DNA of 63,674 nt, the filler included, from Aduncisulcus paluster (Eukaryota), in NCBI GenBank assembly GCA_024181965.1. It is 8 parts of 8 records of this genome, joined end to end, with 100 filler letters (N's around TTAATTAATTAA, not from the genome) between each part and the next. Parts side by side here need not be neighbours in the genome. Positions count along the whole stretch, not along the records: positions 1 to 12,846 come from BQXS01011686.1; 7 more parts are not named here. The stretch is one strand, 5' to 3'. Position 1 is the stretch's first letter, and each line of letters opens with the position of its first letter. The position numbers were made by a program, and so were the translations under genes. The notes beneath the pieces were generated by a model. That model was not told where the DNA came from. It searched no databases and was given only the letters and a program-made list of their open reading frames with translations. Below, piece after piece: positions 1 to 9,899 of the stretch.

Positions 1-530
1 TCCGCATTATTTATTGTTAATCCCTTTGAAAGGAGGGGCAGTGTTAGAATAACACGGCTGTTGCCAAAAGCAGACTTTTTTATTATTTTCTTTAAGGAGT
101 ATTATTATTGAATATTTAATATATATTTTATAATACGATTTTAATTAATATATTTATTTCGATATTAGAATGTTTATTACTATCTTATTACCGAAGATCA
201 TATTTGAAAGTTTTTGTGTTTCTTTACAGACTATATTTTACCTTTCTTCGCGCATTCTTTTATTCTCAAACTAGTAAATTTGCTCCACCATCATTATAAA
301 GGTTATTAAACCAACAGCACAATAAAACCTCACTAAGGGCTCGAACCGAAGATGAATGATTATGGCCCATAATTATGGGGCTGATACTGGATAGGGCCAC
401 TCCTGTCTCGAGCAGAAGGAGAGTCAAGATACTGTGACAATGTCACAGTGACATCATAATGACCGATTCGAGTCCAAAAAATTTGGGACCCAAATAACAA
501 GTTTATTAAATGATTCTCCACAAGATTCCT

Positions 531-3500
531 TCATTCTCTTTGTTTCTTCGATTGTTTCTGCTTATCATGTTTTTTTCGAGGAACCAGTTTAAGGGGCGAC
601 AGAGTAATTTCTCCGAGTTTCTCAACAAAATGCTCATCTTCAGTTACGATTGAAGGCTTTCTCTCCTCAGAATCGATCTTTAGAGTTTTCTTGTGTTTCT
701 TTTTCGAATGATGATGGGATCTTTTCACCTTCTTTTTCTTTGTAATTGTGACCCGTTCAAGTTTTTCTTGCTCAACATACAATTCATGGGCCGAATCTCT
801 TTCTTTTTCTCCCTTTTCTCCTTCTTTCTTTTCGTCGAGAGTTGGTAGAGAACGTAATGACCCATCTGAACCTGTTCGTTTGCGAGAAATGATTGGGATC
901 GGAAGAACAGAGGGATCATCTTTGCCATTTTCCTTATCAATCACATGAATTCGATCCACGGAAGGAGACGAAGAAGGTGATTTAACATCACGTTCACCAC
1001 TCTCAGAAGCAGTATCATGACTCTGAGAATCGATATTCTCCTTAATAGAAGTTCCATCACGATGGAATGGATCAATCCTTCTCGAATCGTTCCTCTTTCT
1101 TCCTCTTTCCCATTGAAATAGTGCAAACCCTATTCCAGCAAATATAAAAGAGAGACCAGTGAGACAAATCACAACAATCATCACCAGTGATATCCCTTTC
1201 TCAATTCCACAGGAATCTCCATACCACCCTTCATCACATGCACACGAATAGCTTGATAGCTGACCGATACAAAGCCCATGGTTTGAACATTCAGAACCAT
1301 TTTCACTCAGATTGCACACATTAACAGAGCAACTTGCATCATTTTCAGAGACAACGCCATATCCATACTCACAAGCACATTTCGCTGTGAATCCGTCAGA
1401 GGAAAAAACACATTGTCCATGGCTTGACTCATCAATCCCACATGACACACAGGCCGTATCATTTCCTTCGATCGTCAAATAAGTTGGATGAGAAGCAGGA
1501 TCAATGCAAACCTTTGAGTCTTCAGATAGAATCAAGCCATGGGAAGAGCAGTCACATTCAAATGAATCATTATCAGCATACCTCTCATAGCTTGTCTCTT
1601 CACTTGCTGAATAATCTTTCCCACAGATGTAATTGGTTAGGTTCCCAGAATCATCCTCCAAAATTTCAACAGGAATTTGTAAAGAGCAAGAAACACCATA
1701 CCACCCATCTTCACATTCACAAAAGAGTTCATCGGATTCAAAATCTAAAGCACATCGGCCATGAGAACCACATCTCGTGAGACTATCACAATAGTACTGA
1801 CAAGCCGAGCCATAGAAATTGGTTGAGCAGGAACATGTGTGTGTCAAAACATCACATATTCCTGAGACAGATCCACCGCAAAGAAGAGAATTCAACGAAG
1901 ATACAGGNNNNNNNNNNNNNNNNNNNNCAAAATCTAAAGCACATCGGCCATGAGAACCACATCTCGTGAGACTATCACAATAGTACTGACAAGCCGAGCC
2001 ATAGAAATTGGTTGAGCAGGAACATGTGTGTGTCAAAACATCACATATTCCTGAGACAGATCCACCGCAAAGAAGAGAATTCAACGAAGATACAGGGCAC
2101 AGAGACAAGCAATCGGTGCCAAACCATCCTGAGAAACACTCACATGAAATATCAGAATCAGCGACCACACAAACTCCCCTTTCTCCTCCACAATTATCAC
2201 ATGCATTGATGGAAGAAGAGTTCAAGCCTTCAACACATTCTCCAACATCGTTTTCATAGTATCCTTGGGCACATACGCAAGTGAAATCATCATTGGTGAT
2301 CGGGTATTCGATATCAGTTGAATCTGAAACATCCAATCCACAAACTTCATGGGAGGATTCGTAACTGCAACCCGTTGAATCATTGCCACAGAAAGTCAAA
2401 TCGGATTGTTGGCCATCATTCACGATATTTCCAGAAATAGTACCAAAAACCGAGGCACAATCATCAGAACATTCGAGATAATTCTGTGATACATCAAGAG
2501 AAATCAGATTTGAGGAGTACTCGAACATTAAAATGATGAGATCAATGTCCGATATCATATTGTCAACCAAATTTAGATCAGTGACACTGCTCAAGGATGG
2601 TTGAACAATGACAACAGACGGATCAAAGATAAAATTTGAGGATAAGTCCAGATTCATGAGAGAAGAAGAGAGTGGATAATATTTCTCACCTTCAACAGTT
2701 GGACTACTGCAATTGCCACTACAAGAAGCAATATTATTCAAAGTAGACATGAATGAGGGAAAATCCTGTCCAACTGCAGAGCTTCCAGATATAGACAAAG
2801 AATGCAAGGAACAGAGACCAACACAATAATTCAAAGGATACGAGGTGGATTTTGTTTCAAAATTAAACATGTAATCATAATTCATCACAGACCATCGAGA
2901 ATCAGCTTCAAATTCAAGTTTTATGTCAACGACACTATCAGAAATCGTTGATAAGAGTTCAAGATCCATATTCTCAAGCGAATCTAAATTTAGAACATTG
3001 AGAGAGGAAAGATATGCGATTGGAGATAGATCAGTGATGTATGAATTCGTTGGTTCAAACACAAGAATCGATAGATTTTCAGCATATTCAAGCCCATCTA
3101 TTGAAATAATTGAGGAAGGAATTGATAAATATGTGATTTTAGCCAGATTTTCAACAGTAAAGGAAGATAGAACGTCTGAATCCTCACAGTCAAATTCATC
3201 ATCATAATGTTGCTCACAAATAGCAGCAATAAGAGAATTATCCATTCCTAGACTCTTGAGAGTAACATCTGACTGAATAGAGCATACATTTCCAGTGAGA
3301 TCAGAAGGACATTGGCACATGTGGGTCTCAGAATCACATGTATTCTCACCACATTGAGTTCCATAAGCATCAACAGGACACTCAGAGGCACAATCAACTC
3401 CATACCATCCAGCAGTGCATATTGTGCCCACTGTATCCATGGAATAGTCACTTCCAACCATGATACACGTCTGATTCTCCAAGAAAATGTCCCAACAATA

Positions 3501-5069
3501 TGTAAATAACTCAGGATCAATGTCATAATCGATCAATACACACGGCGAAGAGGTGGAAATACCTTGTAGATATTGCTCAAAGTTCGTCGATAGGTCTCGC
3601 AAAGCAGTTCGTGAACAAGAGAGAATCCATTCATCCGCGTAGTTCTGAGTGCACATAATTCCTTTGCTAATATCAACAGATAGAGCAGAACATTCTGAAA
3701 TGGAAAGATTTCCATCAGCAATAATGGAACTATATTCCAAATTAGGGAACATGGCAGCGAAATTCTCAATGGAAGATTCTGTATCAAGACCAATGATCTG
3801 ATTATAACTAATATCAAGGGTCTTGAGGGATTTTCCAAATGAGAATAACGGAGTTGGATCCTGAATGACATTATGACTAAGGTCAAGATATTGAATGTCT
3901 GGCATATCTTTAAGCCAAATAACATCCTCGATTCCCATATTGGCAACACTAAGCCCAGTGAGGGAATATCCGAACAATTCAATCGTTTCGTCGAGAGATA
4001 TTGAAGTGTTTCCAATACTAATATCATATAAACTCGTAATAAGTGCTGAAATCTGTGAAATATCAGATACACCAGTCCCAGAAATATCCAAAGAACCCAA
4101 TGTTCCAGTCAATGAAGACAATGAAGACACATCTGTCAGAGAGGAATTGGCACTCAAATCAACACAAGAAACACTAGAGAGATAAACAATGTCAGAAATA
4201 TCAGTTAAATCGAAATCACTGAGATCAAGACAATCATCCTGCGAATTCACAAACTCGGAAAGTTCTTCCTCAGTAAAATCGTCACAAGGCGAATCATGAC
4301 CATCAAAGATGGAACACAGGACATTTCTGAAATCATCATTCGTAAAACTGACGTATTGGCACGAATCACCATGAAAGTTGAAGTCAGAACAGTCACATTC
4401 ATGGGTATCAACGGTGCAAATACCATGATATTCACCTCCACATGGACTATCATTAAAGAGAGGGCATTCATCGTTGCATTCATCACCATACCAATCTTCA
4501 ACACAGGCACTTGAAACAGATATGTCTCCACTCAACAAAGCACATTGAACATGTGAATTGGCTCGAAGATCAGAGAGGCAATTGAGGTTACCGGATGAAA
4601 GGCTAATACAAGACAAATCGGTGTTCAAATCATCTGAATAATCTCTGTAGCTAAAAATAGAACATTCAGCCCGATACTCACATTCCCACACTTCTTTACA
4701 CACTGTATTGTTGATAACTGAGATATCATCGATACTGGAGGAACAGTATCCACAAAATGTTGAATCCTGGTCAAAAACAGTCGAGTCATCATAATTATTA
4801 TCAACATCAAGCACAATCACTGTGGTTTGATCGAGAAAAGATGCGATATCATCATTGGAAACCTGGCATAATTTGTTACCATCGATGGTTAAATTGAATA
4901 AACTCAGTTGAGACAGCAAGGATATATCAGTGATTGAATTATTTGATATTTCAAGACTGGAGAGTGAACTTAGGGCTGACAAAGTGAAAGTATCATCATC
5001 AATCAGTCCCGTATTGTTTGCAGACAAAGAATCTAAAGAACCCAATGTCGAGAGTGAATCCTTATTTAT
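531..5069 (-). CDS. Large cell-surface LRR/EGF protein, C-terminal part: LRR blocks, EGF repeats, one transmembrane helix, charged cytoplasmic tail
   Basis: Same frame as 5070-9479 with no stop between 5069 and 5045. Contains LRRs, many CxxGWYGxxC EGF motifs, TM segment ISLVMIVVICLTGLSFIFAGIGFALF and a Lys/His-rich tail. Includes the artefactual duplication at gap 1908-1927. Confidence 0.85.
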   Translation of the reverse strand: MNKDSLSTLGSLDSLSANNTGLIDDDTFTLSALSSLSSLEISNNSITDISLLSQLSLFNLTIDGNKLCQVSNDDIASFLDQTTVIVLDVDNNYDDSTVFDQDSTFCGYCSSSIDDISVINNTVCKEVWECEYRAECSIFSYRDYSDDLNTDLSCISLSSGNLNCLSDLRANSHVQCALLSGDISVSSACVEDWYGDECNDECPLFNDSPCGGEYHGICTVDTHECDCSDFNFHGDSCQYVSFTNDDFRNVLCSIFDGHDSPCDDFTEEELSEFVNSQDDCLDLSDFDLTDISDIVYLSSVSCVDLSANSSLTDVSSLSSLTGTLGSLDISGTGVSDISQISALITSLYDISIGNTSISLDETIELFGYSLTGLSVANMGIEDVIWLKDMPDIQYLDLSHNVIQDPTPLFSFGKSLKTLDISYNQIIGLDTESSIENFAAMFPNLEYSSIIADGNLSISECSALSVDISKGIMCTQNYADEWILSCSRTALRDLSTNFEQYLQGISTSSPCVLIDYDIDPELFTYCWDIFLENQTCIMVGSDYSMDTVGTICTAGWYGVDCASECPVDAYGTQCGENTCDSETHMCQCPSDLTGNVCSIQSDVTLKSLGMDNSLIAAICEQHYDDEFDCEDSDVLSSFTVENLAKITYLSIPSSIISIDGLEYAENLSILVFEPTNSYITDLSPIAYLSSLNVLNLDSLENMDLELLSTISDSVVDIKLEFEADSRWSVMNYDYMFNFETKSTSYPLNYCVGLCSLHSLSISGSSAVGQDFPSFMSTLNNIASCSGNCSSPTVEGEKYYPLSSSLMNLDLSSNFIFDPSVVIVQPSLSSVTDLNLVDNMISDIDLIILMFEYSSNLISLDVSQNYLECSDDCASVFGTISGNIVNDGQQSDLTFCGNDSTGCSYESSHEVCGLDVSDSTDIEYPITNDDFTCVCAQGYYENDVGECVEGLNSSSINACDNCGGERGVCVVADSDISCECFSGWFGTDCLSLCPVSSLNSLLCGGSVSGICDVLTHTCSCSTNFYGSACQYYCDSLTRCGSHGRCALDFXXXXXXXPVSSLNSLLCGGSVSGICDVLTHTCSCSTNFYGSACQYYCDSLTRCGSHGRCALDFESDELFCECEDGWYGVSCSLQIPVEILEDDSGNLTNYICGKDYSASEETSYERYADNDSFECDCSSHGLILSEDSKVCIDPASHPTYLTIEGNDTACVSCGIDESSHGQCVFSSDGFTAKCACEYGYGVVSENDASCSVNVCNLSENGSECSNHGLCIGQLSSYSCACDEGWYGDSCGIEKGISLVMIVVICLTGLSFIFAGIGFALFQWERGRKRNDSRRIDPFHRDGTSIKENIDSQSHDTASESGERDVKSPSSSPSVDRIHVIDKENGKDDPSVLPIPIISRKRTGSDGSLRSLPTLDEKKEGEKGEKERDSAHELYVEQEKLERVTITKKKKVKRSHHHSKKKHKKTLKIDSEERKPSIVTEDEHFVEKLGEITLSPLKLVPRKKHDKQKQSKKQRE
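1739..2096. repeat. Assembly-overlap duplication around a 20-N gap (same pattern at 22522-23173, 28193-28700, 30633-31034, 33653-33996, 38810-39447, 42597-43526, 50723-51070)
   Basis: At all eight 20-N gaps, the 160-455 bp before the gap is repeated straight after it. Confidence 0.93.
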
Positions 5070-8000
5070 CTAGGGAATTCCATCAAGAACTAAATATTCC
5101 AGAGTTGGAGGAAGCACAGAACAATCCTTGAAATTGATGCTATTCTCAACACCCAGAGATATCAAACCAATAGGGAGCATATCTACTGAGGAAACAAAGA
5201 AATTTGGGTTATTTTTAGCTGTGATATACGATAGAAACTGGAATCTTGACAAATCGCTGGGCGTATCAGCTTGTAAAAGGACATCATTCATGATAAGAGT
5301 GATAATAGAATCAGGAATATTCACCAGAGCACTTGAAACATCGATATTGGTTTCACTAATGTCCAAATAAGTCAGAGAGACCAGAGAACTGAGTTCAGAC
5401 AGGTCGATGGAGGAAGTAGCTTCCGAGGAAAACGTTAATCCATGTAAATCAAGATGGGTGAGTCCTGTGAATATCCCAACGCCTTCAATACTTGAGAGAT
5501 TTGAGGAGGATAAATCGAGAGAAATGAGTCCCTCGACATCTTGATCGATTGAAATCTCATTGTATACACATTGAATGGATGATCCTTCTCCAAGAACAAC
5601 GTATTCTCTGACTAATCCGGACAAATCAGCACAAATAAACTCCTCAATGCTATCATAGTCAAAATATTGACATATATCACCCTCATATCCATCATAACAT
5701 GAGCATTCATGGGTGGAGGTATCGCAAGAACCATAGGCATCTCCACTGCATGCAACTGAGTTAAACAATGGACATTCAGAGAGACAATCATCGCCATACC
5801 ATCCTTCAAGACAGACCTCAGCGATAGCACTCGAGTTTTCTTCATCAACGGAACACTGAATGTTTGTATTTTCAATGGAAGAATCAAGACATTGTGGGAG
5901 TGTTGACGATTCAGAGTCAAAACGAATGCAAGAAAGAGACGTTGATGAATAATCCTTATAACTGAACAAAGAACAATCCAATCTGTAATACGAATCCCAT
6001 ATATGTCTGCATACGACGTTAGAAGGAGCATAGGGAATGATAGAGCCATTTTCCAAAGATGAACACAGGTCACAATAAGCTTCATCCTGATCGAATAAAA
6101 CAGACGAATCGTCTTCAATAACTCCTACATTCACTTGCACAGAGTTATCAGAAGAGAACATCGACGAAATAAGCTGGTTTGACACATTACAGAGCTTGTT
6201 CCCTTCAACATCTAATGTTTCAAGAGAATTCAATGGATATAGCAAGGAAATATCAGTGAGACCATTGCCAGTTAATATAAGAGACGAGAGAGAAGGAATC
6301 AGACGAAACGAGTACAAGGCAGAGTCAGAGAGATTGACGTTGTTCAAGGTGAGAGAAGAGAGAGATGGCAGAGAGGATAGAGAATCAAAGACTTGACTGA
6401 AACCATCAAGCGGATTTGAACTCAGATCAAGATCAGTCACATTCGTTAAGGAAGATAACGTTGATGGGAGAGTGGAAATATCATTGTCAGAGAGAGTAAG
6501 AACAGTCAAACTTACCATCGATAAGAGGCTCGTAATATCAGAAACAGAATTATTGTTAAGGTTCAGTACCTTCAAAGCAACAAGATAACTGAGATACGAG
6601 ACTGTTGAAATGTCATAATTATCATTCAAATACAATTCTTCAAGCTTCACTAAATATTGAAGAGCCGATATATCATAGATATTGTTGGAATTAAGAGCCA
6701 AATAAGTCAATGAAACCAAGTTGCTGAGAGGTCCGATATCTGATATCTGATTAGAGAACAAAGACAAGCTCTCAAGAGACACGAGATCACTCAGTGGAGA
6801 AATAACTTCAATTTGGTTATTATCAGCGTGAAGAGAAGTCAAGGAACTTAGCGTGGTGAGTTTTGAAATGGAAGATATATTGTTATTGCTAATAGTCAGA
6901 TACTTAAGGGAAGACTGTGAACCTAATCCAGTGAGATCGGAGATATTATTCGAATCGAGCGACAAATTAACCAGATTGAACATCGAAGATAAGGCAGTAA
7001 TGTTCGATATTTGATTGTTTCCAAGGTCTAAATCAATCAATTCAGTCAATGTTCCCAATGTAGAAATACTTTCAATCTCATTATTTGCCAGGATAAGAGT
7101 ATTCAAATCAACAAGTGCAGATAGAGAGTCAACGGTAACGACCTCATTGGATTCAACATACAGATGCACAAGAGCCTTGCAAGATGCAAGGGGAGATACA
7201 TCCACAATTGAGTTGTAGGATAAGTACAATTTCGTAAGATTCAGCTTATCGGCCAGACTGCCAATAAGGGAGATTGAATTGCCCAATAATTTCAATTCTA
7301 CAAGGTTAGAGAGCCCTGACAATGCAGATATATCCTCAATTTGATTAGATCCCAATTGAACAATCTTCAAATTAGTCAAATTGGTGAGTGGAGTCACGTC
7401 TGTAATTGAATTAGAATCCGCATAAAAATTTACAAGCCCAGTCATATACTTCACGACTTCAATATCTTCAATTTGGTTGGCATACATCCAAAAGTTGATC
7501 AACTTGGTCAAACCAGCAAGAGCAGAGATACTGCCAACAGAATTGATCCCGATATCCAGAGATTTTAGTGATGTACAACTCCCCAGAGGTGACACATCAT
7601 TTATATTGTTTGAATGAAGCCCAAGAGAAGTGAGATATGGTTTGTTTGCAATGGCAGAGATGTCTACGATTGAATTGCCATATAGATTAAGATAGACAAG
7701 TTGTGACATGTCTGTGAGTGCGTCTATGTTGGATACGTTACTCAAATACATTGTAAAAGAGGTTAAATTGACCATATCCTTGAGTGGAGAGATATCGGGC
7801 ACATCATTGAGATACAAAGTCAGTACTTCAAGAGATGTGATAGCTGCAAGATCAGTGACGTCAGTAATCCTATTATTTCCTAACTCAAGACGAACCAAAT
7901 TAGTGAAAGATCCAGCACTAAACGGTGAAAGATCGTCGATTAGATTCGAATAGAGGTATAAATACTCCAGATCGGGCATATTCTGAATTGCATCAATGTC

Positions 8001-9419
8001 CACAATCGCATTAATTCCAAGACTGAGATTCTTCATGAGAACCATACCATCAAGAGAAGAAATGTTGTCAATATTATTGTAATAAAGGTCTAATTTAATC
8101 AAGGAAGTCAGAGAACATAGATTAGAAATGTCATCTAACATATTATTAGCCAAATATAGTTCTGTAAGAGATGTAATATCATCAAAGAAGGCATTTGGGA
8201 TTGTAGTAATTCCGTTATCACTCAAAGACAAAGTTTTTAAACCCGTCAGTGAGGAAATATCTGATATATCATCACCTAATTCATTAGATGTCATAAGAAG
8301 GGTCTCAATGGATGTCTTTGTGGCAAGTGGGGAGACATCATCAATTGAATTGTAACTCATATCAAGGTAGACAAGTGAATCCATATTAGCTAAACCCCCA
8401 ATATCTGATATATTATTTCCTCTAAGAAACAATGTTTTGATTCCAATTAATCCAATTAAAGAATCAATGTCAGAAATGGCATTATTTTGCAGATACAGAG
8501 TCTCCAAGGCAACAAGACTTGTCAAATCAGAAACATCAGTCATCCCCGTTCCAGCTAAATTAAGTAAGATCAAGCCAGTCAGATCATTGAGGAAAGAAAA
8601 CCCCGTGGAAGAAGTTGAAAGGGGATTGAGCTGTGTGTAGAGGGTCTTCAGAGAACTCCCCAATGAGGAGATTACACTCAAATCGGAGATATTATTATTA
8701 TGGATATATAAATTTACAAGCTGAGAGAAATTCCCAAAAGATGAAGGAATTGCAGTATAAGAATTTGATCCAATGGACAATCCAGTTAAAAGAGTCATGT
8801 TTGTTCCAATTACATTAAGGCATGAAATGTCCGATAAACCATTAGATTCGAGGAGAATGGTTCTCATTTGAAGATAAATGCCACTCAAAGATGTCAGAAG
8901 AGCATTACAATCGCCAATTTCTGAATACTGAACGTTCAAAAAATTCAACCTGGTAAAATTACTCAAACTGGCATTTGATGACAGAGAAATGTCTTTAAAA
9001 GAAAGAGACGTAAGATTTGAGGGATTAATGTCATCAATCATTGAATTATCAACGGCTATAGTCGTATCATTGGTACCATTAATCGTGAGTTTCTGCAGAT
9101 TAGTTGCTGAATATAAACCTTCAAACGAATCAATATCACTTGCACTTAATTCGGTCAAGTTAAGCATATCTGACGAATCGATAACAGCACAATCGGATAG
9201 CTCAAGCTTAGAGCATATGGCTTGTCGAAGATTTGGATCAGGAATATCCACAGTTGTTGCATTTGTAAGAGAAAAACAAAATAAAAATAGAATTGCCAAC
9301 ACATAGGACAGTTGGCTGCGATAATTAGACAAGGAGAAAAAAAAAAGTACCCTCAAAAAAACGAAAGAAAACAAGTATGAAATTAATTTTAACAAATACG
9401 AGCAGAATTTTGAAATCAT
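5070..9419 (-). CDS. Large cell-surface LRR protein, N-terminal part: signal peptide, internalin-like LRR array, Cys-rich/EGF module, second LRR block
   Basis: Dozens of ~22-aa LxxLxxLxLxxNxIxDISxL repeats; N-cap VDIPDPNLRQAIC; EGF-like CLEGWYGDDC and CYDGYEGDIC. ATG at 9419 plus the candidate intron 9316-9399 gives a clean signal peptide (alternative ATG 9479). Ends at TAG 5070-5072, which is in frame with the next ORF. Confidence 0.85.
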   Translation of the reverse strand: MISKFCSYLLKLISYLFSFVFLRVLFFFSLSNYRSQLSYVLAILFLFCFSLTNATTVDIPDPNLRQAICSKLELSDCAVIDSSDMLNLTELSASDIDSFEGLYSATNLQKLTINGTNDTTIAVDNSMIDDINPSNLTSLSFKDISLSSNASLSNFTRLNFLNVQYSEIGDCNALLTSLSGIYLQMRTILLESNGLSDISCLNVIGTNMTLLTGLSIGSNSYTAIPSSFGNFSQLVNLYIHNNNISDLSVISSLGSSLKTLYTQLNPLSTSSTGFSFLNDLTGLILLNLAGTGMTDVSDLTSLVALETLYLQNNAISDIDSLIGLIGIKTLFLRGNNISDIGGLANMDSLVYLDMSYNSIDDVSPLATKTSIETLLMTSNELGDDISDISSLTGLKTLSLSDNGITTIPNAFFDDITSLTELYLANNMLDDISNLCSLTSLIKLDLYYNNIDNISSLDGMVLMKNLSLGINAIVDIDAIQNMPDLEYLYLYSNLIDDLSPFSAGSFTNLVRLELGNNRITDVTDLAAITSLEVLTLYLNDVPDISPLKDMVNLTSFTMYLSNVSNIDALTDMSQLVYLNLYGNSIVDISAIANKPYLTSLGLHSNNINDVSPLGSCTSLKSLDIGINSVGSISALAGLTKLINFWMYANQIEDIEVVKYMTGLVNFYADSNSITDVTPLTNLTNLKIVQLGSNQIEDISALSGLSNLVELKLLGNSISLIGSLADKLNLTKLYLSYNSIVDVSPLASCKALVHLYVESNEVVTVDSLSALVDLNTLILANNEIESISTLGTLTELIDLDLGNNQISNITALSSMFNLVNLSLDSNNISDLTGLGSQSSLKYLTISNNNISSISKLTTLSSLTSLHADNNQIEVISPLSDLVSLESLSLFSNQISDIGPLSNLVSLTYLALNSNNIYDISALQYLVKLEELYLNDNYDISTVSYLSYLVALKVLNLNNNSVSDITSLLSMVSLTVLTLSDNDISTLPSTLSSLTNVTDLDLSSNPLDGFSQVFDSLSSLPSLSSLTLNNVNLSDSALYSFRLIPSLSSLILTGNGLTDISLLYPLNSLETLDVEGNKLCNVSNQLISSMFSSDNSVQVNVGVIEDDSSVLFDQDEAYCDLCSSLENGSIIPYAPSNVVCRHIWDSYYRLDCSLFSYKDYSSTSLSCIRFDSESSTLPQCLDSSIENTNIQCSVDEENSSAIAEVCLEGWYGDDCLSECPLFNSVACSGDAYGSCDTSTHECSCYDGYEGDICQYFDYDSIEEFICADLSGLVREYVVLGEGSSIQCVYNEISIDQDVEGLISLDLSSSNLSSIEGVGIFTGLTHLDLHGLTFSSEATSSIDLSELSSLVSLTYLDISETNIDVSSALVNIPDSIITLIMNDVLLQADTPSDLSRFQFLSYITAKNNPNFFVSSVDMLPIGLISLGVENSINFKDCSVLPPTLEYLVLDGIP
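9316..9399 (-). other. Candidate spliceosomal intron (84 nt)
   Basis: GTATTT...T-rich...CTAAT-TATCGCAG; removal gives MISKFCSQLSYVLAILFLFCFSLTNA|TTVD, a canonical signal peptide. Confidence 0.55.
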
Positions 9420-9899
9420 AAAACCAGTATTAATAATTAATCCTCTCAAATTTGAGAGGTTAATACTATTCAATGACATATAGCGGGGAGCGACAACTAT
9501 AGTGTATTATAGATTTATATTATTTTATATAAAGAAGATGTTACGATAAAATTGAATGATTAATATAAGATAAACAAAAAACACACACCTGGAATACCGA
9601 TGAAATGGAAACGAGCGATATATTAAATATTAGGAGGAATAACATACTTGATTGATTTAAAGAATGGCTAAAATAGCTTTCCATTGTGAGAAAACTATAA
9701 AAAATATCTTGTAGCTCTCGAAAATAAAGAATCAAGTCTTGATGCGGCCGCCTCAAGATTATATCTTATCCCATATTAATAAAAATATTAATTTATTTCC
9801 ATGGCTAGTAGCCAAATTGATCAACACAATCCAAGGCAATGATTTTTAGAAGGAAATATTATTCGAAAAATAAAAATAAATCAAAGTGGCCAACAAAAA

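Noticed and set aside
5070..5072. Stop-codon reassignment (TAG or TAR as sense)
   Set aside because: Multi-kb ORFs lack TAG and TAA, and both terminate genes here; one instance is not a code change.
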